From the human T2T-CHM13v2.0 reference genome, Homo sapiens: DNA of 64,000 bases. The DNA lies in the NCBI RefSeq assembly GCF_009914755.1, contig NC_060928.1. One strand, given 5' to 3'. Shown piece by piece: positions 28,276 through 40,510 of the stretch. The position numbers and the translations under genes are program-made. Within the stretch, counting starts at the first letter, position 1; each line of letters starts with the position of its first letter. The notes under the pieces are model-generated. The model had not been told where the DNA came from and made no database searches. It saw only the letters and a program-made list of their open reading frames with translations.

Positions 28276-28624
28276 TAAGGAAAATAAAGAAGAATTGAAA
28301 TAAGTTGGTTTCTGACCTATGCACACAAAGAAACACAGCCTACATCAGAAAAACCTGAGATTTGGCTCCAGGTCTGCTGCTGGCTCAAGCTATCACTACA
28401 AAACAACAGATTCATTTATTAATTACAATTTTAGAAACTTTACTCAAGTCTGTAACTATGTACTGCCGCACAAACCTTTACTAAGCACCTACTCCTGGGC
28501 TAGATCTAAGGATAAAGGGATAAATGAAAACAATCCTTACTTTCAAGGTGTTAACAGGCTCGTTGTGTACATTCACAAGCTAACCAATGATCCATTTCCA
28601 GTTTTAAAGCAAAGGCAAGCTTAG

Positions 28625-28766
28625 AATTTACAATGGGCTATTTAGCTAGTTCTCTCTGAACTACAGTGCACTTCTTTACAGGTTGCTTTCAGTTAAAATA
28701 GTTATACAGGACGAATATCACATGACCCCAAATGTAAGAACCAGTTGTTTATGACTAAAAGGTCTG
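28625..28766 (-). repeat. Right arm of 142-bp inverted duplication
   Basis: Reverse complement of 27228-27369; flanked by antisense L2-like sequence (~28470-28560, ~28765-28830). Confidence 0.95.
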
Positions 28767-30699
28767 CTAGGAACACACATGTGACCCAGCCAGAGAATAA
28801 GAATGACCCCAGGAAAGCTTTTCTTCCCGGAATGGAATACACAGAGCTTTGCGTTAACAACAACCAATTTGTTCAACCCAACTTTCTCTCTTATTCGGTT
28901 CTTTTATCTATTTAAGAGAAAAAAACATGTTTATCACTGGCTGTTTTGTGATTTAAGACTCTGCTATCCTAGAAGAAAGAAAATTATCTATCCACTTTAG
29001 TATTATTCCAATTGCCTCTCTGTCACCTTAACTTCAAAGGCAAACTACTTCAAAGTCAGTATTTTCTCTCTCCATACTCTTCAGTCCAACCTATAATTAA
29101 GATTTTGTTGGATTTCATTTTGATTCTGTTGTAGGCACTTTGCTGACTTCAGAATGCATGGGAAATATAAAGTATGATAAAATGGTGGTTTCTTATCATT
29201 CTGTTTGTTATAATTGACTATTTTCAACATCCTAAAAATGCTATTAATATTTGCCTAACAAATAATTTTGCTAGTATGTTATTTGTACAATTGATTATGT
29301 AATAATCAAAATAATCTGACCCCAGAAATGTCTTGGAAGGACACATAGCTAAAGATGGCCTCTCTGTCCCTCAAACTCTAGCATTGTGGAATAATCCAGA
29401 ATTTACTGGAAGACAATTTAGCAAGTAGACTCAACTCTTGGTAACAGAGGCAACAGAGGGGGAGCAGTGATGTGAACAATTCAAAATCATGAGTAATCCC
29501 CAAATCAATTACATGTAGCTTTTGAATATGTTTTCATTAATTACTGTATATTTAAATATACTATTTCTAATATTTAGGTATTTCATGGAAGAGCAAGCAA
29601 AATAATGAAATCCTTGGAGTTCAGTGTGATTATTCAACTTTCTTTCTTTCCACTGGCATGTTCTCTCCCACTCCCTACTATGTGGTTGAGTGTGAATTAT
29701 CCTACTTCCCAAACTAATGCTGAAGACTGAGCTTCCTTATCCATTTTTGTGTTCATATCTTCTCCTAGGGCAGAGAGATAATTGTTTTGGGTTGAAAGTC
29801 TTCCAACTTCTAAGCCAGAACAGACACAGATTATTTTATGTTAACAAAGTACTTCGTTAAGCAGAGCCGGTTAACTTTGTAGATTAAAAAACAGGTTTTT
29901 TTGAAACCGCTAATCTACCATGTAATGGATCGTTGGTCACAGCCAAAGGAAAATGAACAGTTTGTGCCAGGGAAATGGGCAGTATTACTGACTGTATTCT
30001 TTTTATAGGCTAAGTGCTTTCTAGAGGAAAGACTTTTTTTTTTTTAATTTAGGGGGTAAAACAGCACTTCCATGCAAGTCAGAATATAACTTTACCATTT
30101 TGGAAATGTCATTTAGAAGAAGAATAATGGGAAGTAAAGTCATGTGTAAATGAGCCCCTTAAAGCCGGACACGCGTTTGTATTTTCAAAGACTATTCTTT
30201 GGGCATTTTATGACAAGGCAACATGGTGAATCGTAAGACTAGTGGAATTACATTCCAGCTATCGATGTACATGAAGAACTAATAACTTGAGACATTTTAT
30301 CTGACAGAGTTACAGTTTTATGTGCATATAATAGAAATCTTGTAATGATACCGTATGTTGCCATTAGACTTACAGCACACAGCAGAGAGAAGGCAACACG
30401 GCTTTCCATTGCTGCCCTACCGCCCCTCTCTCCCCTCTCCCTCATCAATACTTCCTTTATTACCTGACATTTATCCACCAATGTATTGACCAAAGGGGAC
30501 ATTGTCTCCAAAGGCCACAGTAATATGCTGCATACATGAAAATTGTATTAGGAATGCCCTCTAAGCCCATCAATAAACGTATTAACATGAAACATTCTAC
30601 CCACTTTAATAGCACCGCAGATTTATGTACATATAATTATGTATCACAACAGCTCATATAGACTACTTTATTTGTCTCTTTTCATACATTTCTAATAAA

Positions 30700-30965
30700 T
30701 ATCTGACTAGGTAGAATGTTCAAGTAAGGGGCCAAATTTGATTTACTTATATTCTCAGTGCCTAGCACAGGGCCTGGCCCATAAGACTGTACGCACTCAC
30801 TAAGGTTAACCAAACTGAGTTATTATGAGTTTCATTCTATGTACGAGGGGACTGAGGCTCGGGAATTGAAGCATCCTGGATGACAGCTAGTGAGTTACAG
30901 GGGCAGAGATTGAACTCAGAACTTGTGACTTCAGCACTCCGGGCTCTCTGCATTTCAGCACTCTG
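30700..30965. mobile_element. L2 3'-end fragment (+) followed by MIR fragment (-)
   Basis: CTCAGTGCCTAGCACAGGGCCTGGC; GAGGGGACTGAGGCTC...CAGCTAGTGAG...ATTGAACTCAG. Confidence 0.6.
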
Positions 30966-31483
30966 ACCCCACAAAGGTATAGACAAAAGGGTGTGTGTCA
31001 GAGCACGGGGTCCTGGGCATGCCAGTGAACAGGAGGACAGAGCCTGAAACGAAGAAGAAGGAAGAACAGGAAGTTTCAGAAGCCAGATTTCATCTTGTTG
31101 TTGTTGTTACAAATTGTCTGGTATTAACTAACTTCTCTCTTCGTGGCTCATACCCCTGCCTCCCTCCACTAATTAGGGACCCTTGATGACCAACAATTAT
31201 CTGTCTGCTATAACTAAACATTTTCAAAACTACAACTATGGCCCAAGAATCTTCAAACGAAATGCTATTCAGGCCCAGGACGGGCATGGTCTTTTGTTCT
31301 GGAGTGAACTGAGAGTGGCGAGTGCCTTGGCTGCCATTTTCTGGAGACCAGGGAGTTCTGTGGAGGGGACACGGGTTCTTCCTGCAACATATGACCGATT
31401 TCAGCAGGTGGAGGGGCTTTTCCTTTGAAGCCATCAGTAGATGCAGGAAGTGCATCAAAGTGTTTCTTCTATTTCCTGGTGGG

Positions 31484-31799
<316 letters not shown>

Positions 31800-32027
31800 C
31801 ATTTCCTAGCTTTATAATGTTGTATTACAGTACAAATCTCACTTCATTTATATTATTAAACACTATTAAGTGAAATGTGCAGAATAATCAGATTTTCTAG
31901 CTGAATGTGTTAATTTCTAAAAGCAAAGAGAAAATAACATTTATTGAATGCCTACTCTGTGCAAACCACCGTTAGGTATGGTTTTTGCTCCTAATATCTA
32001 AAAAAAGCAAAAACTAAAAGCGCTTAA

Positions 32028-32416
<389 letters not shown>

Positions 32417-33255
32417 CTAGCAAAAGACTATTAACATCTGATTCCAAAGATTTCTGATTCTCTCCATTGTCTATTCCAAGTCTTAAAAATGTTTCTAGTT
32501 ATTTATTTTAATGCCAACAAATTTTTCCATAGACATTTCCCACAAACCATGCATTTAAAGGCTTTATTTTAGAAAAAAAAAATCACTCTGGCATGCTTTC
32601 ACTGCAGAACTCTACTTCATCCAGAATAGTAGCCCTCTTATTCAGAGATCTCAACACTCAAAACAATTACATTTTTGGTCTCCAGATAATACACTGAAAG
32701 GTGGTATGGAATACAAAGAAAAATACAACACTGTAATGGAAAACAGCAGACCAAGATTCTAACCTCAAATCTGCCAAAAACTAGCAGTAAGATCTTGGCA
32801 AATCACCTAACTTCGTTAGACCTCAATTTCCATTCCATTATAATCAAGATGATCTTCAAAGTGCCTTGCGATTCTAGACATTATCTATATATTACTATTT
32901 GTCATTTAAAAAGTGATTTTCAATTATTCATTTAATGCAAAATTGTACATTGCTTTCAAAAAAGCAAGAATATAGATCTGTTAAGTTCCCTCTGATATAA
33001 GTCATAGATACTAACATGATTAAAGAATATAAATGAAGATGACATTTAACTTTTTTTAAAAGAAAACACAGACTTCAGGTGAGACTATTTTGCTGAGGAC
33101 TGTGTGTTGGAGAAGTAAGTAGAAGAACAAAGAGAACAGTTTTAAGATAAAGTTTACAGTGTCAATTTATGTGTTAGGGTGTCTACTCCAGTACCTGACC
33201 CATTTCTCCATCAAGATTCAGGCCTATGGGCAACAGAGATAAGAAAATACTACAA

Positions 33256-33547
33256 GGCCAGGCATAGTGGCTCACACCTGTAATCCCAGCATTGTGAGAA
33301 GCTGAGACCAGAGGATTGCTTGAGGCCAGGGGTTTGAGGCCAGCCTGGGCAACATAGCAAGACTCTATCTCTAGAAAAAATACAAAAATTAGCCAGGCAT
33401 GGTGGTACACATCTGTAGCCCTAGCTACTTGGGCAGCTGAGACAGGGGGATCCCAGAAGCTTGATCTTGAGCCCAGGAGTTCCAGGCTTCAGTGTGCAAT
33501 TATAGCACCACTGCACTCCAGCCTGGGCTACAGAGCCAGACCCTGTC

Positions 33548-33588
<41 letters not shown>

Positions 33589-33598
33589 AAGAAAGAAA
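33256..33598 (+). mobile_element. AluJ with A37 tail
   Basis: GAGGATTGCTTGAGGCCAGG, GGCAACATAGCAAGAC; AAGAAAATACT on both flanks. Confidence 0.92.
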
Positions 33599-36500
33599 AA
33601 GAAAATACTTTAGATACATTGCTAATATAATACATCATTATACAATTTATAGAGACTAATTAACTGAGGAGTTTTTCACATTTGAGATACATACAAAATA
33701 TAATTTCCTTTAAATTGGGAAGGAGATTTAGGGCAAGAACTCTGAATACATTTATGCAGTTTAATTGTAAGGCTTTAAATCAATCAGACATAAACTTACA
33801 GTCATCTCATGTAGATGTGATTTTGTTTCCTTTTGTAACAAAACAAATCTGTACAGAAAGTATTTGAATTCTAATAACTGCAGAAAGAAAATTGGATATG
33901 CCCTGTGAGACAATTAGCACCTGCTAGTTTAACCTCCACAATTAACGAAAGGCTGCCTAACTAATAGACACTTAAATCCAGATGAAGATTAACAAGTCCT
34001 CAGAAGAGGACGTTTTTTCTTTCTTTTAAGAGAAAGATAATGACAAATGAGCGTAGCATTCCTAATGAGGTAGGCCTATTTTTTTGTTTCAGTCGTCCTG
34101 GCAAATTCTCTATGAAGATAGAGAAAACTCACCTGAAAAGTTGAAAAGTGACCCTCCAGTGTGGCTGTTCCATCATTCACATTCAGAATCAGTGAGACTT
34201 TCCAATAAAGTAGACACTGACCGCATGAAACAGTGTCGCTAGATTGTGCAGATTGCAAGTGGGAAAATAAAATGCTCATGAAAATTGCCTCCTTGAAGTG
34301 AACGTCAGCATTTCTAAGTTTGATTTTTATTTTATTTCAGGGTCTTTTTTTTTTCTTTTCTGTGAGAAAGCATTCCTAATATAAGTCAGTGACAAAATAA
34401 TATGTAATTTTTTGCTTCTCAGGAATACATTTATTTCTTGATTTTAATCAAGTTAAAAAGAATCAATTGCTTCTAAATAGAGTTGTAAATACTACTGATC
34501 CAAAAAAGAATCCATCTGCTAAAATTTGTAGAATATAAGGGGAGGAGAAAATATGTTTCGATATGTGATCTCATTAAGCATAGGCTTTGGATTTGGCATG
34601 TTTTCATAGTTAATGCAATACATTCCATTTTGCATCTCATTTCATTGCTACGTTCTTGCAACTGAGAACATGAGCAGAAGCGTAAGGATTTTGATGAAAT
34701 ATTTAATCTCCTCAAAGATGATCATCTTTTCCCTTCCCTTCATTTTTTGTGACCTACCTCTACTCCATTGCTGCAAAAATGATGAGCCATCTTTGGTCAC
34801 ACAAAATATATTTCAAAAAGTAAAGTCCCCTTTATAGTAGCAGTCACTAGCATTTTGTCAGCTTGGTGCTGTGCGTGGCCACAGGGGAATAAAGAAGAAA
34901 GGTATCAGGACTTCCCGTCACTGAAACTGGGGCGGAGGAACATTTCTGATGTGAACTAGAAAAGGAGAATATTGAAGCAAATCATCTGCTGTGTTTGGAT
35001 GAACTTCGATTTCAATTTTTTAATTTATTTTTAGTAAGGAGTATTGTCATGTCAAATCAGCAATTTTTATATTTTACACACTTCAATAGAAAATAGGTCA
35101 TCTTTTGTCTTTAATTCCACCTTTACTACAGAGGTGAAAGTGGTGTCATTCTATTTAATTGGCTACCTACAGTTCATTAGTGGAGGCAGCATCGTTAAGT
35201 CATACTGGAGCATTTGTAGGAGCTAATCTTCCGGGCACTTAGTATTCTCGTTGACCTTGTTAAAGGTAAGGCAGGTCAGACTTGGGTTCAACAGAGGCAC
35301 TCTCCCACCAAGGAGACTGGCATGACAAAGTAATCGGTGTGTGTCACTTTTCATTAATCACACCACTTTCCTTTTCATGAAATACCAGCAGATAATTGTT
35401 ACTAAATGTGATTCGCAACACTCAGTGCAGTGGTTGAAGAACCAGAAATAGGCAAACAGATAAAAACATTGTTTAGCTTGCAGGCAGCAAGTGTTTGCCA
35501 TTCAGAGATACATCATGCATAAACATTGATTTAGCCATGAGCTCACACTCATAAAGCTTTTGCTGTTTCCAGAAAACCCTGTAGTCAGACGAGGTAATAG
35601 CCAAGGGCAAGCACTTTTACCTGTATGGCAAGCTTACGTTCTATTTCAGTTGCCTGGTTTGAAATAAATCAGTTTCCCAGTCTGAAATAAATCAGTTTCC
35701 CTAATGTTAGGCCACTGCGAGATTGCCATGGATTAGAATGAAGTGCACGAAACAAAATGCTTGCCTTTATAGTGAAAGACTCCTAGAGGGCAGCTTGTTG
35801 ATTTTGAATAAATATTTCATTAAGTTCAAGTGCCTGCACATGATTTTGGAAGCTGAGAATTCATGTAAATCAACGGAGCTTTCCAACTTTCTTTAATAAA
35901 TGGATACATTTATTTATACACAATGAAGGAAACTTTTCTTTTCCTTATCAGGACATCCCAATTTTAAAACCCATGTAAAGCAAGTAATGCTACTTTAAAA
36001 TATGCTCGGGGAACAGGAGGCTTTTGGCGTATGATGGCTTGTGGTTCTCCTATAGCTGGGTCCTTGTCCAGTTTGCCATTAGCACAGGATCTGTTGACCA
36101 GAAGCAGCCTAGGTCCGTGCCATCCACCCACCCCAGCAGCCAGCCTATACTCAGTGGGCACTATGCAAATGTTGCTAGGCACACGACAAAGCCACTGAAC
36201 AGTGCACACTATGGTCTTGTTAACTCAACACTGTAGGTTGTGACGGCAAATAGAAGTGAGTTTCAGATATGCAGATAGAGTAGGAACTGAAACTGAGGCT
36301 ATGGACAACGTTCTGAGGCTTCTGGTCCTCGCTGTCATTCCTTCGTTTTTCTGTCCTTCGGTCTCAGTAAGATGTCAGATCAGTGCTAATGTGTACAACT
36401 GCTTTCTTTGCTATTACGATACATAAATAAAATGGAAGAATTCAACACAAACAGTAAGTGCTAACTGCCAAGAGGATTTCCAAAGACAAAATTGGAAAGA

Positions 36501-37044
36501 TTGTTTTTTCTTAAAAAGAAAACATATTATCAAACTCCACTTCTCAAAGTTTTCTCAATGGATAATATGCTTGTCAAACAAAAGCATGGTACTTAGTACA
36601 GGGGAAAACCATATTTTGTCAGAATGGAGAAAGTAATTCGATCAGATATATACAGATTTCTTTTTTGTAAAAAACAAATGGAGTGATTTTCTTATGTAAA
36701 ATATATTTTGCAAAGAGCTTATTGATTCTGAAGAAGCATTTTCACAAAGAAAACTAAAGTTTAAAAATCCAGCCAATAATAATAATACATAATGTAAACA
36801 TATAAAAACATATTTTACTTACCATTAACATAATTAGTCCTCATTGCATATACAGGTGTAGTATTCTATTTTTTTGAATCTCAGATTTCAACATGTGTTC
36901 ACATTTCATATTAGGGTAACTTCTGTGATCATTAATTTTTATCATATTTAATTTTTAAACATTGGTCATTTTAGAGCATTTAGCATCTAATGAAACTGAC
37001 ACTTACGTAACATATGAATTGTCCCTGGCCAGTATGAAAAAAAA

Positions 37045-37260
37045 GCTAACACTTATTAAGCATTAACTATATGCTAAGTACTCCAATCATATTAACTCAC
37101 TGAATCCTTGCAACAATAGATAAGGTAGGCGAAATCATCATCGGGATTTTATGGAAGAGGAAGTACAGGGGCAGAGGGCTTCAGTATCTTGATGAGGATC
37201 ACACAGTAAGCACTGGAGCTGCTTTCAGACCGAAGCAGATCAGCCAGACTCGCTGCTACT
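37045..37260 (-). mobile_element. MIR
   Basis: GCTAACACTTATTAAGCATTAACTATATGC...ATTAACTCACTGAATCCTTGCAACAA. Confidence 0.65.
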
Positions 37261-38775
37261 CAGTCAGTCACTAAAGGACACTGCCCCGACGCACGTTCAC
37301 ATTCTAAGTTAACACACCACACACCAGCCAAGTCTCTCCTGGTTTCAGATGTGGGAGTCGTACATTGCATAGAAATGGCAGGATCCCTTTCAATAGACTG
37401 TACTTGTCTACTGTTAGAGAGCCTTCTATTCTCTGCTAAGTGCTTGGGGATTTGAATAACTTACCCTCAGGCTTTCTTTCCTACAGTGCAAAATATTATT
37501 TCTAACATACGTGAAGTAAGATTGCATAGTTTTAACGTAAATGGTTGCATACAGATCTAAGAGGGGAACTAGATAAGACCTAGTCACTGGATGATGGATT
37601 TTTGTCTTTAACGAGGTGCCATATTGATGCGTTAAAACCTTCTCCCTCTTCCCTTTATGACTTTTCTCGCCCAGACTCAGAAACTTGATCAGGGTCACTG
37701 TGTTTCCTGCTCCCCAAAGCAGAGGAAAGTGTAGGGGTTCTTGGGAGGCTGTTTCCTCCTTATAACAGCTGAGTTGGCTAACTTCACATTTCCTGTGTTG
37801 AGCAGGTGGAAGCAATGTCTGTCTGCCTAGCTAAGCTAATTTTCGTTTTCCTCTTGGCATCCAGGACTTATCTTCCTTCCTCTTTAATGGATGGAAGTTC
37901 TTTGGGGAGTTTTTTTTTCTTTTTCCTTACCTGTGTAAGAAAACAGAAAAGCAGCATATTGTTTTCTTTGACCTTATTAAATTGCGTTTCAACCTTGAAA
38001 AATGACCCAATGGTTCAGTGTCCGCTTGCATAAGAAATATAACAGAATATTCAGATGTGGATAAAGGCTTGTCCCAGGCATACTGTCCAGGAACGGAATG
38101 ACACATAGACAGCATTCTCCTTGGTCTTCTCTGGAAGTACCAACTTCTGCAATGAGGGAGGTGGATGCGGTCATTTGGCACCTTAAAGAGCTCAGTTCAA
38201 CAACCCAAATAACATCAAAATAACTCCATGCTTCCATCTGGAGGCTGTGAAGTTGTCACATAGCCCATCCTCTTTAAGCAATCGCGTTTGTATTTTCCCT
38301 TTCACTGTTTTATGTTACCCTCCCAGTCACTCCTCCTACCTACCCCTGAGCCCACCCAAAGAACCTCCTCAGCTCCAGGGTCCAACCCATGTTTCTCTCT
38401 CCCTTCCTCCTGATTCTGCCTTGCAAAGTCAAAGAACTTACCTGTCCCAGGAGGAATATTGTCAGCAGTAGGTGTGGGTAGGAGATTAAGAGAGAAACAT
38501 AAATTCTCTTTACCAGGTTGAGGGAAAGGGAAAAGTTGCAGCTTCTTGTATGTGAAGACCTTTATCCCTCACCAGTATGTCATCTCTTTCCTCCTCCTCC
38601 CTCCTGTCTTCACTGTGACCCCCAAATAATTTTGTTCAGATACAAATTATTTTTTTTCATTCTGGTAGACCTTAGAACATACAAACACAAAGTAAAATCA
38701 TAACGGATGGACCCATACAGGAATTCTCCCATTTTGATCATTGGTTGTTGAAAGTTTCCTAGCCTATAATATTTA

Positions 38776-39178
<403 letters not shown>

Positions 39179-39731
39179 AAAGGAGAGACCCCCATCTCTC
39201 TCCTCATTGGACATAGGGTGGGTAGAGGGATGGGGAATGGTCATTAAATAAATCAACATCAACATAATACATTTATTCCAATTATTACAAGAACTATAAG
39301 AAAAAGCACAATCTGCACTGAAAATTGCAAGAGTGAAATATCTCCTGAAACCGCGGAGGAGGTTAGCCATTACGAAGAGTTTACCGATTAACTTTTAATG
39401 AATCAACACATTCAAATATTATATACAAGGCTTTAGGGAATACCAATTTGGGGGAAGTCTGACATCTTTTCTGTGTTCTCTTTTGAATTTATTGTTTCCA
39501 CTATGGAACACTTGAAAGAGAAAGCTTTGGAGTCTGTATAGCAGGACAAAGTATAGCTAACTTCCAGCTTGCTGCTGCCTAACCATCATTTTCATTGATG
39601 AGAAATGACTTATGTGTTTTCATCATTGTTTTTCTCTTTGATTGATAAGTAAAAACCATGACGTTCAATCTTAAGATCTCTAAACATTGGTTATCTCTCT
39701 TTTTTCAACTTAAATCTATACATTTCTTTAG

Positions 39732-39870
39732 AAAAGAGAGCTAATCCATGCTGGGCTTAATAACTAGGTGATGGGTTGATAGATGCAGCAAACCACCATG
39801 GCACATGTTTACCTGTGTAACAAACCTGCACATCCTGGACATGTACCCCAGAACTTAAAATAAAAATAAA
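39732..39870 (+). mobile_element. L1PA (older subfamily) 3'-terminal fragment
   Basis: GGGCTTAATAACTAGGTGATGGGTTGATAGATGCAGCAAACCACCATGGCACATGTTTACCTGTGTAACAAACCTGCACAT...AACTTAAAATAAAA. Confidence 0.9.
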
Positions 39871-40033
39871 ATTTATATGCCTGTTTAACAGTCATTTTAC
39901 CCGATCTCCCCTCTGAGGGAGCAAATTTTGTGAGTGTGAATAGCATGGACCTATTCACAGGGTGCAGCCACCCTGGGCTCCTAACCCTACACTATCGTGT
40001 ACTGGTTTCATTTAATATAAATTTAAGTCATTG

Positions 40034-40079
40034 AGCCTGGGCAACAAGAGCAAAACTCCATCTAAAAAATAATAATAAT
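40034..40079 (+). mobile_element. Extremely 5'-truncated AluSp/Sq (30 nt plus tail)
   Basis: AGCCTGGGCAACAAGAGCAAAACTCCATCT + A(TAA)n; TSD AAGTCATTG at 40025-40033 and 40080-40088. Confidence 0.85.
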
Positions 40080-40086
40080 AAGTCAT

Positions 40087-40510
40087 TGTATTAGTTTGCT
40101 AGGGTTGCTGTAACAAATACTGGATGGCTTAAACAACAGACATTTATTTTCTCACCATCCTGGCAGGTAGCAGTTTGAGATCAAGCTTTTGGCAGGGTGG
40201 GGTCCTTCTGAGAGCCATGAGGGAGGAGCTGTTCCAGGCCTCTCCCCTTGGCTTAGAGATGCTGTTGTCTCCCTGTGTCTGCACGTTGTCTTCCCTCTGT
40301 CCATGTCTGTGTCCAAATCTCCTCTTCTTATAAGGGCACCAGTCATATTGGATTAAGGCCCACCCCCAGTGAGCTCATTTTCACTTAATTACCTCTGATA
40401 TGACCCCGCCTCCAAATCTCCAAATCCCTAGCATTCTGAGATCCAGGGGCGGTGGGTGCTAGGGCTTCAATATGCGGGGATGGGGAGTGTGCAAAATTCA
40501 GCCTATAACA
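40087..40510 (-). mobile_element. MaLR solo LTR, MLT1B/C-like
   Basis: TGTATTAGTTTGCTAGGG...AATTCAGCCTATAACA with perfect 5-bp TSD GTCAT. Confidence 0.9.

Noticed and set aside
27228-28766. Inverted arms as TIRs of a 1.5-kb DNA transposon
   Set aside because: No TSD, no transposase remnant, and the spacer holds MIR/L2 relics older than the arm divergence implies; not formally excluded without a Dfam search.
37426-38237. 129-aa and 84-aa minus-strand ORFs near the splice motifs
   Set aside because: Non-ATG starts and no similarity to any protein I know; only the splice motifs are reported.
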